Below, piece after piece: positions 11,801 through 30,535 of a stretch of 64,000 bases of DNA. Positions within the stretch are counted from its first letter, which is position 1, and each line of letters begins with the position of its first letter. The position numbers were made by a program, and so were the translations under genes. The DNA lies in contig MU056946.1 of the NCBI GenBank assembly GCA_013239625.1, forward strand, positions 2,728,001 to 2,792,000, in the 5' to 3' direction. This DNA comes from Lama guanicoe (Eukaryota). The notes beneath the pieces are model-generated. The model worked only from the letters and a program-made list of their open reading frames with translations. It searched no databases and was not told the DNA's origin.

Positions 11801-14800
11801 ACGTGGGTGACTCCAAGAAAGCCACCATGTCATTACTGGCTTCTGGTACTGGAGGTTCCAGAATGCTGTGAACTTTGGCCCTGCCCTGGCCATTCTAAAA
11901 ATTCTCCTCTGAGTAGTCTGACATGGTGGCTCTCTTCCCATCTCAAGCCCTCTGCTCTGGACAGGCTGGAGGAGGTGCAGCTGGAAGTAGGTCAGAGCAG
12001 CATTTCCAGAGGAGGCAGTTTATGGAGGCTGACCTTGCTCTGTGAGCCCTCCCGAGGCAGAGGCCCCTGCTGAGAGGGAAGCATGTGGGAGGAGGCTGGT
12101 CAGCCCTCCAGAAGCCCTGAAGCTATGTCGTCTGTCTCTTCTTAAGGCCATCCTGTTCCTTCTCTGCCCTCTTAGGGAAAGGGGCTGTTTGCCACACAGC
12201 TGATCCGGAAGGGGGAGACCATATTCGTAGAACGGCCCCTGGTGGCTGCGCAGTTTCTCTGGAATGCACTTTATCGCTATCGAGGTGAGCACGTCTCGCC
12301 CAGGCCCTCAGGGCTGTTGGGCGCAGCAGCCTTTGCGCGTGGAAGAGAACTACATACATCCCTGCCCGCTGATGTCTCTGGGCCTCCGGGTGTCAGGAGG
12401 AAAGCACGTCTTCCCTTGGAGAACGAACCGTACCTGAGTACCATGCCTCCGTTTGGGGCTGTGAGCCTGCAGCCGAGAGGCTCTTCCCAGGTGCTCCCTG
12501 GGGGAAGACTGTCACTCAGGTGGAATTCAGTCTGTCCCGTCCTGTAGACTGGATGTCATGCTGAGGGGCTCTGTGCCAAAGTGGAGCCCTCTATCAAGAG
12601 GAGACCACATGTCTCTTGGTCAAAAAAGACTTCATTAGGGGTCAGAAGCAAATAGGATGTCCTTAGCTTTGCCAGCCACTTGCTTTTTCTACACACTTTT
12701 CTTGGGGTAGAGAAAATATGGGAAAGGAAGGGTCAGTTGGCTCCAGAATATGGGGAAAGCCCAGTTTGGGGGAGGGGTGGGGAGCCCCACAGACTAAGTC
12801 CCATTGAGAAGCACAGAGAGTCTGCCAGGAGGGGTGGGGACTCCAGAGAGGGAATAGGGCACCATCTGTCTTCGAATGCATGTGAAATTCATTCATTCAT
12901 TTCATTCTTTAACTTAGTCATTCATTCACTCACTTCCCAAACTTTTATCGAACGCCTACTATGTGCTATTGTAGCCCTGGGGATGCTGCTGTGAAAAGGA
13001 CAAATGTGACCCCCGCTCTCACGACCCTTACGTTGTCACTTCTGGCTTTCTCTCCCAGCCTGTGACCACTGCCTTCGGGCACTGGAGAAGGCAGAGGAGA
13101 ACGCCCAGAGGCTGACCGGGAAACCAGGCCAGGTTCTGCCTCACCCCGAGCTGTGCTCTGTGCGCAAGGACCTCCACCAGAACTGTCCCCACTGCCAGGT
13201 GAGTGTCCCTGGGGGTGGAGCTGAAGTCCTCTTCAGGGAGACAGGAGTGAGGACAGACCTGGTCATGGCCCTTGAGAGCCCCAAGGTAGGGTAAGATGTT
13301 GAGAAGGCTCAGTTACTCCTCAGTTTCGTCCTTTCTGTTCCAGTCTGGAAAATAGGCTTGGCGGGAGCTTGTCCTCATTCTCGGAGCCTGGCAGGGCTCT
13401 TCCCTGTACCTGAGAGGTAGTCTTTCCTTCCCACGGCTTTACAAGCCTGGGTTAGGTTCCCCTCTCACATGTCCCCAGAGCACCGTGTGCTTTCTCATCT
13501 CGTAATACCACTCACTACTGCCCAGGGGCTGTTCGTGGAAGGAGTGCACTTAGAGGAGGTGAGTACCACATGGGTGTCTGTGCCTCACCCCACAGCCAGA
13601 CCCTAGGGCGCTGACCTCCGCCTCCCCCGACAGGTGATGTACTGCAGTGCAGAATGTCAGCTGGCCGCTGCTGAGCAGTACCATCAGGTCCTGTGCCCAG
13701 GCCCCTCGCAGGATGACCCCCTGCATCCCCTCAATAAGCTGCAGGAGGCATGGAGGTAGGTAGCATTTCATCTCTTTCCTTTATGCCTTCCCCATGCTCA
13801 GCAGATGGAGCCATCTTTGTTAAGTTACCATCGCCCAGATTTTTCCTCTATTTTTAGGGTTAAACAGAGGTCGTATCAGTCAACCCTTTCTCTTTAATCT
13901 GAGCTGCCAGTCCCACCATTTTACACCCTCCCAGAAAGAGCCCCATGAAGCCCATAGAGGTATAAAATCCTGCCCAAGTTCTTGACGATGACTTGCCCTT
14001 TTTGGTTATAAATGGGATTGGTAGGAAGGATTCTCAATAGAAATCAGACCAGGCTTCCTTGAACTCAGCTACTGGGGAGGGAATTTCTAGGCCACACCTT
14101 TTTCTTTCTCCCCAGGAGTGTTCACTACCCCCCTGAGACTGCAAGCATCATGTTGATGGCCCGGATGGTGGCCACGGTGAAACAGGTGAGCCCACCTGAT
14201 CTTCTCAGGGATGCTGACTCTGGCCTCATTCAACCCTTGACTTCAGTTTCCTTCTCACCTTAAGACCCTGACTTGGATGCGGAGTTTCTTCTAGGCTTCC
14301 CAAAGGAGAGCTGCTTGCTATGTAAACCTGAGGTGTAGCGAACCAGAAATCTGGCAGGGAGAGTGGGGGCTCATCTTTCCTGTCGTCTTTGATCTGTGAG
14401 ATGACTTCCGGTGTAGCAGCAATTCATGCATTTGATTTATAAGCACCACTTTTCCAGGATTGTATCTCTTAGATAAAGTGAGAGTGGCCACTCTAACCCC
14501 TTCCATTAATATTGCTGCTTATTCTTCTATTTCCCCGAGTATTGTTGAATTTGAATTGGCTAGCTGGGCACCAGCTGGGGAGATGGTTGGGTGTGGGCAG
14601 GGTGGGAGGGAAGGGTCTACCTAGAAGCTCATGTGTGATGATGTTTCTCTGAGGGCAGGGGCTTTAGAATCACGGTCTACCCCTCCCACATGGGCAGGAG
14701 TGGCAGTGAGGAGGAGGGTGTCCGTGAGTCCATGTGTGCACATGCATGTGTGGGCTGTGCACACGTGACCCTGAAGTGTGTTTGTTCACTGCAGGCTAAG

Positions 14801-17800
14801 GATAAGGATCGCTGGATCAGGCTCTTCTCCCAGTTCTGTAATAAAACGGCCAACGAGGAGGAGGAAATTGTCCATAAACTCCTGGGGGACAAATTCAAGG
14901 TTGGTCTTCCCCCATGACCCTCCCACCCGCCAATAGCTTGGGATGTCCATGGCTCCCTGAGGGAAGCTCCGCATTTGCTCCCTTCCCAGCCACAGAAAGA
15001 GGTTAGAGCCTGGGTCTGAAAATCTATTCAGAGAACTTGTATTCTTGCTGCCATTTAACTTCATGACCTAATGTGGTCTTAAAATTGGGAAGTAGGGTGA
15101 TGACAGAGGAAGGAGGGGATGGGTGCCCTGGTGTGGATTAGTCAGGACCTCGTGCTAGGATAGCAGTGGGTAAATCGGGTTAGCGGAAAATGGAGGGTTG
15201 GGGGCCCACAGGGTCAGGGCACAGTATGAAACAAAATTTTAGTTGCCAGTGTACTGAGTGCCCACTCCGGACCAGCTACTCAGTCTCACTGACGACACTA
15301 GGAGGAGCTGCCTGAAGGAGGAGGCAGGCATGTGAAAGGGCATGTGGGGTGGGCCTCCCTGCACTAAATTTTGGGGAAAAGAGGGGGAAGATCAAGCTAC
15401 TCTGGACGCAGGTCAGGGAGCCTGGAGGGTGGTGGTGAGGACAGACATTCTAAGCCAGGCTGCCTCAGCCCTGCTGCCACAAATGATGGAAAATAGGGAG
15501 GCATTTGGGGTTTGCTACCTTGGGTTGGAACAGGCCAGCAGACTGCCAAGGCTCTTTGGAGATAAGGACTCTGGGCTCTCTTTTGCCCCCAGGGAAAGCT
15601 CGGGCTACAGAGCTGGCCCTTTTGCTTCCCTCACATGATCTCCTGGGCCCTGCCTGGGTGCTAATGGGAAGTTCCCAGGATGTCAGTCTCTCTCCACTTC
15701 CCCTAAACCAGGGCCAGCTGGAGCTCCTGCGGAGACTCTTCACAGAGGCGCTTTATGAGGAAGCACTCAGCCAGGTGAGCTGGGGAAGGTGGGACCAGTG
15801 GCCTCCCAGTGACTCCTGCTCTCCAGAAGCAACTGTCCCCTTCTAGGACAGCGAAGCCAGAGCAGACCTGGTCTTCTGGAGTTGGGATGGGACTGACTTA
15901 TGGAAAAGTTCCTCAACAGAGAGTTGTACCAGGAAGAAGAAAGCAAGTGGCTGTAACCTGAGTGTTGTTCTTTCCCCCCACAGTGGTTCACTCCCGATGG
16001 ATTCCGGTCTCTCTTTGCTCTTGTTGGGACCAATGGCCAAGGAATTGGGACCAGGTTAGGAGAGAATGTTCCAGAGCTATCAGACTTGTCCCTCGGGGCT
16101 CGGGTAGGAGATTGAGGAAAGTAGCCACAGCTCCTTTCGAAACTAGGGTGGGGCAGGGTGTGACTCTGGCCAGAATGCTGGACTAAACACAGTGGTGGGG
16201 GCTGGAGAGACTGGGTCTTGGGAACACTTGGTCTATTGGGAAAGGACACCACCCCCTACCCAACTCTACTCCCGGAGAAAGAAATGGACTTAACTTGCTT
16301 GGAGGTGGAGAGCCCTGTGAGCTGGGCCTCTTCTCCAACCACGGCTGCCTGGGACTCCCCAGCTCCCTGAGCCAGTGGGTCCATGCCTGTGACGCTTTGG
16401 AGCTGAAGCCGCAGGACCGTGAGCAGCTGGACGCCTTCATTGACCAGCTGTACAAGGACATCGAGGCAGGTTGGTGAGATGGAGCCTTGGCCTCACCCAA
16501 CCTTGGAGATGCCCATCAGTCAGATGGTGGACACAGCCTTCCGCCAGGGAGCTCTGAGTTCACGGTTGGGGGAGGCAGTCCCTGTGTGCCTGTGGGAAGC
16601 TTCAGATCGGCCCACAGGACACACATGAGAGACGGCCCTGAGACCCATGCAGAGGCTGGATGCTGAGGGTGGACAGAGTGCCGGTATCGTTTATAGAAGA
16701 GCAAGGCTTGTGCCTCAGAGAAGCAGGTTCAGGCAAAATGGTAGTGACTGGGTGGCAAGACGGTGGAGCCAGTGCCTGTCCTTATAAGCCTACTTTCCTT
16801 TTCCCGCCTATAAAATGGAAGCAGTAACTCTGCGTGTTACTGTCTTACAGCAACTGGCGAGTTTCTTAACTGCGAAGGATCTGGCCTCTTTGTGCTTCAG
16901 AGCTGCTGTGAGTCCCGGCGTTGAGAAGGGGTAGCTTCAAGCCGCATTCATCTCTCTCGGCTCCTTCTGGGCTGGTCGAGTTGAGTCCGGGAGTGGGGTT
17001 AGGGCTGAGCTTCCTTGGGGATTTCCCCTCCATCTTCTCCTTCTATCATTTTTTTCATTCATTCATACATTGGACTGCTCGTACCTTAATATACGTTTAT
17101 GTATAAGACCTTCCGGTGGGCTAGGCCCGGGGCTCGGGCAGGGGACAGAGCTCTGATTCTTGCAAAGGGAACCATGGGCTTTGCACCACCACGCCCTGTG
17201 AGCTTTGGTCAGGGACTGTCTGAGAGCCCAGGAGGCGCTCAGGCTGGAAGGCAGTCTCATCAGCACCTGATGGGGAGGGCCAGAGCCAGCTCAGACTGTT
17301 GTCTTTTCCAGATCAGCCTCCCACCGTCTGCTTTCCTCACTGCAAACCCTTCCTCCCAATCTCTGGGGACACTACCCGTCCCAAACTAGGCTCTCAGAGG
17401 GTCTGGCTCAGCTGTCACCAGGTGTCCAGTAACAGACAGGGCTGAGTTAAGTGGCCTGGCACGGCATCCCTTTCACAGCCCTGTCCATCCCTTTGCGAGA
17501 CACTGGGAACACAGCTGAGAATGGAACTGACCAGTGAGGAGAGGAACAGGGGCGGTCATGGCAGGTAGGGGAGGGGAGTGATGCGGGAGTGCATTTGGGC
17601 CTGTGCTCTGTGGTCTTCAGGAAAGAGCACTGGCCAGGCAGTGGAGTCAGGAAACCTGGGTTCCAGGACCTGCCCAGCCCTGGCAGGGACCAGAGAACAA
17701 GGAAAGATGGGACCCAGTGCTTTGCACGGTTGAGGCTGTTCTTTTTATTAGTCAACAATCCTCATTACCTGCCTCTCATGACCCAGGCAACCACAGCTGT

Positions 17801-18839
17801 GTCCCCAATGCAGAGACCTCCTTCCCAGAAAACAACTTCCTTTTGCATGTCACCGCCCTGGAGGATATTAAGCCAGGAGAGGTGAGGGGGCCAGTAGCTG
17901 TGGGGGCGGGTGGGCAGCAGGCCTTTCAAGTTCTCTCCAGGAACTGGGAGCAGCCCAGCCCACGCCAGGCTGCTGGGTTGAGTCTTCACATGCCCCAGGA
18001 CAGGAGTCTTGCCCATGGGCATGCTCTAACCCACCCCACTTCAAAAAACTCCAGAAAGCCTCTGAGTAGTGTTTAAGAGACAGCTGGTGCCTGTGTTCTT
18101 GTCCCGAGCTGTCTATCTGCAGCTTCTAAGGAAGCAGGACATGGCCCTTTGTGGCTTGGCCTGTGGGATGTTGGTGAGGGCTTGGGGTTCTGGCTGTTAG
18201 CACAGTGCACAGAGCCTGGTTGAAACTTCTTTCAGGGCAGGTAACTTCACTCCAAGATGACCTCTGTCCCAGAGGCCACAGACCTTGGCTGTGTGCTGCC
18301 TTTAACCGTGGCCTGAGGCTAACCACAATCCCCCGACTCAGACACAGGTTGTTAAAGCCGCTAGCACAGGGGAGTGGATCCGAGCAGCCTACCCCTTGGC
18401 TGTAGGGCAGCTCAGGCTCCTGGGGATGGGGCAGCAGCCTGGAGGCGGGGCAGTGGCTAGGCAGGCCTAATGCCACCTGGCAGAAAGCACAGGCCCAGAG
18501 CCCGCCTCTCTCCTGCCCTTCAGGAAATCTGCATCAGTTACCTAGACTGCTGTCAGCGGGAGCGCAGCCGCCACAGCCGCCACAAGATCCTCAGGTGCCA
18601 GCTGGGGACATGGTGGGTGGCTGGGCTCCGGGCTCCCCTGTCCCGCTGGCTGCCTGGTTTTGCACCCTCACCACCACCCCCCACCCTGCAGGGAGAACTA
18701 TCTGTTTGTCTGTTCCTGCCCCAAATGCCTGGCAGAGGCTGATGAACCCAACGTGACATCTGAGGAGGAGGAGGACGAAGAGGAGGAGGAAGGAGAGCCG
18801 GAAGATGCGGAGCTGGGGGATGAGATGACTGACGTATGA
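8399..18839 (+). CDS. SMYD5: SET and MYND domain-containing lysine methyltransferase 5; join(8399..8494,12176..12284,13059..13198,13634..13755,14116..14185,14795..14899,15712..15774,15984..16054,16363..16469,16851..16907,17787..17881,18524..18594,18692..18839), 417 aa
   Basis: Begins [14 protein letters not shown]...SAK|GKGLFA (SET motif I). MYND cysteines CDHC...CPHC..YCSAEC, NHSCVPN SET motif, post-[11 protein letters not shown] and an acidic tail ending EMTDV*. 13 GT-AG exons sum to 1254 nt with consistent phases. Confidence 0.97.
11295..11455. mobile_element. MER5-type hAT-Charlie DNA transposon remnant
   Basis: MER5-like core: gaatcacct...gcagattctaactcagcaggtctggagtggggcctgaggttctacatttctaacagctcccagg. 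Confidence 0.65.
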
Positions 18840-20070
18840 TGTGGCCCTTCCTGGAAGGGGTCCTACCCAAGACCGTCGGAAAGGGGGGCCTTCCCCCAGA
18901 GCAGAGGCTTGGAAGGAACTCCCCACTCCCGTTGCCTGCTTTCCCCCCATTCCAGCTCTGTTTCTGCCAGAGGGTAGGACAGGCAGGACCCTAGGCCCTC
19001 CACGCCCCGCCGGACCTCACGCCCTGGACACTGCTGCTGAGGGGCTCTGGCTGTGCTGTCACTAAGCCTCTCAGAACTGGCCTCCTCCTGAGGTACGGGT
19101 ATACTTGGCTGGAACGAAGGTCAGGGCCTAACAGTCTTTCTTCCCCTTGGCCCCATGGCCACACTTACCCATCCACCCCTCTCAACTTGCTATGGAGAGG
19201 GTAGCAAAGTGGTAACCTGAGAACAGCCTGATTTCAGTGAAGAAGAAAGCGGGTGAGATGCCCTCACCTCTTCCCCACCTCCCATTATTGTGGCCTGACC
19301 ACTAGCACAGCTGGGAGAGGCGGGGAGGAGGAGCTGGGCCTCCAGAGCGCTTTCCCCAAGGCCCTCTACAGGGCAACACTGAACCGGGGCGATTACCCAC
19401 CTCTCCCACCTCCCCACTCCTGCCATTGAGACAGCAGGGGGAGTGGAGATTAGCCCCCTCCCCAGACCCTGGAACCTCTGTGCCTTGCCTCCTGGGCCCT
19501 GGCACAGTGGCCAGCCCCATGGGATGGGTATGGAAGAGGCCTCTGCCTCCCCTGGGCGGGGGGTGTGGGGGATCATCACCCCTTCACGCCCTCTTCCCAT
19601 TGAGGACCCTAGCAGGATGGCTGAGACCTGGAGGATGAAAGGCCTGTGTTCCTTAATTTAGGATGTTCCAGAATCTTCTAGAAAGAGTCAGTGAGGGCCT
19701 CCCCTGGCCTCAGTCTCCATCTTTAGGGTCTCCACAGAGGAACACTGAAGTCTTCCAGAAACCTAGAAGAGCTGGGCTAGATACTCAGATTAGCCGTGAC
19801 TGGCCTCGTCATCCCCAGATTAGCACTACCCCTCACTCTTGGGTCGGAAGCTGTGGAAGTTATAACCCATCACTTGCAATTCCTTTCTACCTGCCTTCCT
19901 TGAGGGGCCTGCCACATGCCCCTGCTGAAGGATCCCGCAGAGAGCAGGTGCCACCCCACAGGCCCTTTCCTGGGTCATGAGCCAGGTAGAATCTGCCTGT
20001 CTGGCCTATTGGGTTCTTACTCCTTCACAGCAGCCAAAACCCTCTCCCACCCCACCTGCCCACTGTTTTC

Positions 20071-20076
20071 AATAAA
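20071..20076 (+). terminator. SMYD5 poly(A) signal AATAAA (3' UTR ~1.25 kb)
   Basis: First AATAAA I see after the SMYD5 stop codon. Confidence 0.75.
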
Positions 20077-20565
20077 ACACGAGAGGTGACAGGCCTCTGC
20101 AGGAGTGCTTTGTGGAGAATGGCTTGACGAGCTGCCCTGGGCACGCAGCCATCACATGGGTGGCACAAAGGTGCACAGGGTAGAGCAGGTGAGGGACATG
20201 GGAGCTCCAGCTCTGCAGTTTGGGTTCATCTCTGGTCTCATCTATGTCCTGCTGTGCAAATGTATCTGAAGTCTAGGAGCAGGGGTCTTCTGAGGTGCAA
20301 CGTGGATCCCCAGTACCAGGCTACAAGATGAGTCTTTTCCTCAGGGACTGAACTACAGCTTCCTGTGTTCTTGAACAGGAGGCTGCTGGGATCCAAGATT
20401 AGCAGTATGAGCACTGGTCCTAAAGGACCTTGGGCAAGTCATATATCCTCTCTGGGCCTGTTTCCTCCCCTTAAAACAAGAACATGGGACCAGATGAGTG
20501 TTTGGAGGCCTCTCCATCCTCGTGTGCGCTTACTCTAGGACACAGCTGCAACCCTGATGAGAGGT

Positions 20566-20596
20566 TTTATTGCTAAAAAGTCAGTGAGGGTTTATT
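20566..20596 (-). terminator. Two tandem PRADC1 poly(A) signals (AATAAA at 20591-20596 and 20566-20571)
   Basis: TTTATT occurs twice on the + strand, 25 nt apart, at the end of the PRADC1 3' UTR. Confidence 0.75.
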
Positions 20597-20952
20597 AAGT
20601 CCTCAAACACCAGCTCCTTATACCATTCCAGCAACTGCTATGAAAGACCCTGGGTGGGGAGGCTGGAGCCAGGTGGGATGTGACAGATCTCAGATGGCTC
20701 TCAGACCACCTGCTGTTGGCCCCTTTTGTTAAAACCCTAGCCCACAAGCCCTGGGGCCTGGCTCTTGCCTCTTCCCATAGCACGAGACGTTATGGGAGCC
20801 TGGGGAAGGCCAGTGATGTGGCTTCCCTTAGCTTAGCCAAAGCCCACATTCTTTTCCTCGACCTGGCTCCACCTGTCCCCAGATGCTACCCACAAATCCC
20901 CAATAGCAGGATTCCTGGATTTCCCCTTCCCAGCCCAGAGTTGTTAATGGTT

Positions 20953-26280
<5,328 letters not shown>

Positions 26281-27039
26281 ATCCTTCCGCCCGTACTTAA
26301 ATCCATTCATTTACAGGTTCATTCCTTAAGTAAACGCATGTTTAGTGCCTGCTGAATGTACCAGGCCCGGCTGGTTTTACGGAGGTGTAACTTCTTAGCC
26401 AGGAGAATGGGTCAGGTAGTTGGGGACACTGCATCAGAGGTGGGAAGACGCGGCCTCCGACTCCGACCGTGTCTGCCCCTCCAGATGTGACTTTTCTAGC
26501 TGACCAGCTAGCTGGCTTTTCTAGTTGACCAGCTAACTCTGGTTCTCCTTTTGTTAAATTAGGGAGGTTGGTGAATACTGGAGTTTCTCTGTAGCCCTCT
26601 CCCACCCAGCCCGCCCCACCCTCTTCCAGGGCATCCGTTTCTCTGTCTCAGAGCTGCAGATGCCTTCCGTGGGCCCCAGATCTCTGTGGTGTCTCCGGAG
26701 TTGCTGTTGAACATAGCCAGCTTCTGAGTGTTTGAGGCAAAACCCTGACTAAGACATTGCTCCCTGTGCACTTGGCAGATTATTCATTCATTTTAGCCTG
26801 TCAGGCCAACTCAGTTCTCTATGTTCCTGCTTCCTCAGCTTCTCCCTGTCCTAGGAGATGTCAAACTGACACCTATGAGGTGTTCATTCTGCTACCAAAT
26901 GCCTTGTGAACCCCATTTGTACCCAAGATAGAAGGAACCGGGCATTAAGCTGTACACTCTCCCTTTCGTACCTCCAGTACTGCCTTTTTCAGGCCATCTT
27001 CAACATTGCCTGTTCCTCAAGTTGTCTTCAACTTCTGTG

Positions 27040-27235
27040 CAGAGGCGGCAAAGTAGAACAGTCCAGAGTAGGCTCTGGAGCCGCACTGGATGCCTAGGTT
27101 TGTAACTAGCTCTGCCACGTACTAGGTGTGTGACTGCGAGCATGTTATTGCATTTCTGGCCCTCAGTCTGTTAGAAGGTATTAAATGAATACATAAGTGC
27201 CCAGCATGTTGTAAGTACTCAGCATGTTAGCTAGT
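27040..27235 (+). mobile_element. MIR in CCT7 intron 1
   Basis: ggctctggagcc...ctagctctgccacgtactaggtgtgtgactgcgagcatgtta...cctcagt resembles the MIR 5' half. Confidence 0.6.
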
Positions 27236-28154
27236 CGGCTTGCTTCTTTTCCTCCCTGTAATACATCTTCCTGGCAAGACTTACCGTAAGAGTTTTGGTT
27301 GGCCTCTTAAGAACTGGGGATCAGAACCAAGAGTCTTCTGACTGATGATAAAACCCTTCACCAAGAGGCTCCAGACCACCACCTTGGGTTTTTCCTGAAC
27401 TGATCCCTGATCTGTTTCCCTGCTGTATTGCCTGTTTATATCTCTCCTTTTGGAACGTGAGACTTCAGTCACCAAGAATTCTCCTTGCTGTCATCGAATT
27501 GGTACATAGTATTTTAGAAGCCTTCTGTGATTGGAAGAGAGGTAAAAGGGTCCCCCAGAAACCTTAGTCCTGTGACTTTGGTACGTACAGAATACATGTC
27601 CTTGCTTTTGTGGTGTTGGGCACTAAGGATTAGACCATATATGCCTTGGCACATGAACACTTGTTGGTTTATAGAACATCAAGCGTAATAATGCTTAATA
27701 AAAGTTTTTAAGGAGGGTGAATAAGATCATTAAGCTGAAATTACCAAGTTTTCCGTGATACCCTTGGCAGATTATAGGATTCTGCTATCATTTCCTTTTA
27801 CTTGAGTAAAAATGTGGTTGGAAAGTAACTTAGGGTTAGAAGCTGGACTTCCCGTGGTAGTACCTGCCCCTGGGGAACTGTTAGAAGAGGACCCATCCCT
27901 AATTGACCTGAGTTGGCTCAATCCGGCCCTGCTACCTTTATCTCCCCATAGGATCTCTGTACCCAGCCTACAATTTCTGTAGGGCCTATAAAGCATAGGG
28001 AACTTGGGGACAGCGTGGTCAGCTACTTCCAAGCCCTTCTTGCTTTGTACTTAAGAATTCTCATGAATTTAGTGTCACCATACTGCAATGCTTTTCCAAA
28101 AATAAAAAGCGAGTGCCTCCTTATTTCATGGCTCGTATCAAGGACTTTCGAGTG

Positions 28155-28372
28155 TAGTTGACCTTTGAACAATTTGGGGATTAGTTGCCCCAACTCTCCA
28201 CTTAGTCAAAAATTTGCTTCCGATTTAGTCAACCCTCCATACCCAGGGTTCTTCTGTATCTGCGGATTCAACCAGCCTTGGATAGTGTAGTACTGTCGTA
28301 TTTACTGCTGAAAAAAATCCAGATACATGTGGACCCACACAGTTCAAACCTGTGTTGTTCAAGAGTTAACTG
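28155..28372. mobile_element. MER8/Tigger2-derived MITE (TcMar)
   Basis: Terminal inverted repeats tagttgacctttgaacaa ... ttgttcaagagttaactg; internal gcggattcaacc...gtggacccacacagttcaaacc matches the MER8 consensus as I recall it. Confidence 0.75.
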
Positions 28373-30429
28373 ATACGTAATGGGAGAAAGTGGGGCATTT
28401 TTGGAGGACAGGTCTTTCCTTAGAAAAGTTGCTAGTTGTTTAGTTTTTTCTTTTTCCAAATGTAAATCAGACTATGCAGTTCCTCTGCTAAAAGCCTTTC
28501 CAGGGCTTCCCTTTGTAGGATTAAAATCCAAACTCCTTACTGCAGTCTACAGGTGAGTAGTGATCTGATTCCTGCCTGCTTCTTCAGCCGTATCCAGGCT
28601 TCTGCTTACATACTACCCTCTAGCTACACTGGCCAAAGGAGTAAAACTTTTTTAAGGAATTGCCCAGTTAATATGGACTCAGCCTCATGGGTTGCTAGAC
28701 TTCCTGATGTGTGAATTCCTGGCTCCTTTTGTTTGACTGAGAAAGCTCTGTGCTTTCCTATGTGCCTTCCCTTTCCTATGTGCCTTCCCTGCTGAGACAC
28801 CTGAAGTATCCCCTAGGAGTGGACATGGGCAGTGACTTTCAAACTTTATATTGCAGTCCACAGTAAGAAATAAATTTCAGATCATAGCCTAATAGCACAC
28901 ACATAACTGACATAACAAAAATTTTGAAACAGTATTTACCTTGACTGTAGTCTGTTTCACACAAATAAAATTAGTGACAAATATTGGGAAGACTGGGTCT
29001 GGTCCATGAGCTCATCTCTGAAGGCACAGGCTTGGATGCAGAGGGAAAGCAGCCTTGTTTGCTAACCTGAGGAATTAGTGTCTGTGCTAATGGTCACTGG
29101 AGTAAAGATACCTATGCAGGCCCTTCAGAATAAGCAGATGTCCTTGTCTTCCCATAATTGCTAAAGCAGTTCTGCAGATTAAGCGTCTACAAGGATAGTA
29201 ACTGTTCTGGAGGCCAGTGCAAAACGGGAAAATTTGTTCTGGGTATCTGATTGGAGATTAGTCACAGGGAGGCTTTATGGAACCAGCATGAGAGATGGTA
29301 ACATTGCTATACGAATTAGATTTGTTGTCATTTTGTGAGGCAGGACAAAGGTGCTCTTTGTTTCTCTGCCTAGCCACTTCCCTGCACTCCGGCTAAACAT
29401 CACTGGTAAAGCTGTCTGCCTGGGCATCTCCAGGACAACATCTGAAGCTGCTGGCACCTCATGTTTCGCATCATTGCCCTAGGATTAAGCTCTAATGCAG
29501 ATACATGGATGTTTGCTGGAGGGTGAACACTGAGCATGGCCTGCTTCTTCCTGTGCCGTGATCTAATTCCTCAACACGTGGGATTAGGGTCAGAAGTTGA
29601 AAGGGCTACGCTTTTTCAGCTGGGCGCGGAAGAATGCATTTATTTGATTTGTTCTTTTTGACCAAATTGGTGCTTCTCAAACCATTTTCTAGCACACCTG
29701 CAAGATATGTTGTGGTCTTGGCAGTGTCTCTGGAGGTAGAGGCTGTTTAAGGAATGGATGTGGTGGTTGGACAGCAGGGTAACGTGGTTTAAAAAGGTCT
29801 CCAGATATTTCTGTTACTGGAGAGGCAGGAACATGTTCCCTCTCCCTCCTTGAATCTTATGTAATGAATGATTATTAAAAGTAGTAAATTGTTCTTTCGT
29901 CTAGCCCACACCGGTTATCCTGTTGAAAGAGGGGACTGATAGCTCCCAAGGCATCCCCCAGCTTGTAAGTAACATCAGTGCCTGCCAGGTGATTGCCGAG
30001 GCTGTAAGAACCACTCTGGGTCCCCGTGGCATGGACAAGCTCATTGTGGATGGCCGAGGTAAGTCTGCAGAGTGCAGAAGAGGAGACTCCTCTGAGTATT
30101 GGGGCTAGCAGAGATTGGCATCAGAAATCCCACTGCTTTGAAGATCTCTGAAGGATTTCTCACCATGAAGTGGTTCCATTTCATCATTGTCCTGAATGTT
30201 GAGCCCTGGGAATGTATGGGAAGAGCTGGGCTTACAAATCTGTTGCCTTGTAAAGAGATTTGGCCTAGAAACACAAAGTAGAATCTTCTGGAATTGCCTG
30301 TGGTCACTCCCATTGTATCATGTTGTGGAGACAAAGAAAAAAATTCCCCCTTATGTTTTAGTGTGTTAACTTAGAAATGAGATACTAGGGTATCAACTGT
30401 TAAAAATATCTAAATGGTTATTCATTCTT

Positions 30430-30535
30430 TTTTCTTTTCTTTTTCTTTTTTTTTTTTCCACGGAGTACTGGGTATTGAACCCAGGACCTTGTGTATGCTA
30501 AGCATGTGCTCTACCACTGAGCTGTATCCACCCCC
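30430..30535 (-). mobile_element. tRNA-Ala-derived SINE (camelid Vic-1-like) in CCT7 intron 2
   Basis: Reverse strand reads gggggtggatacagctcagtggtagagcacatgcttagcatacacaaggtcctgggttcaatacccagtac plus an A-tail (Pol III A/B boxes, AGC anticodon loop). Flanking direct repeat tcattctt at 30422-30429 and 30536-30543. Confidence 0.85.
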
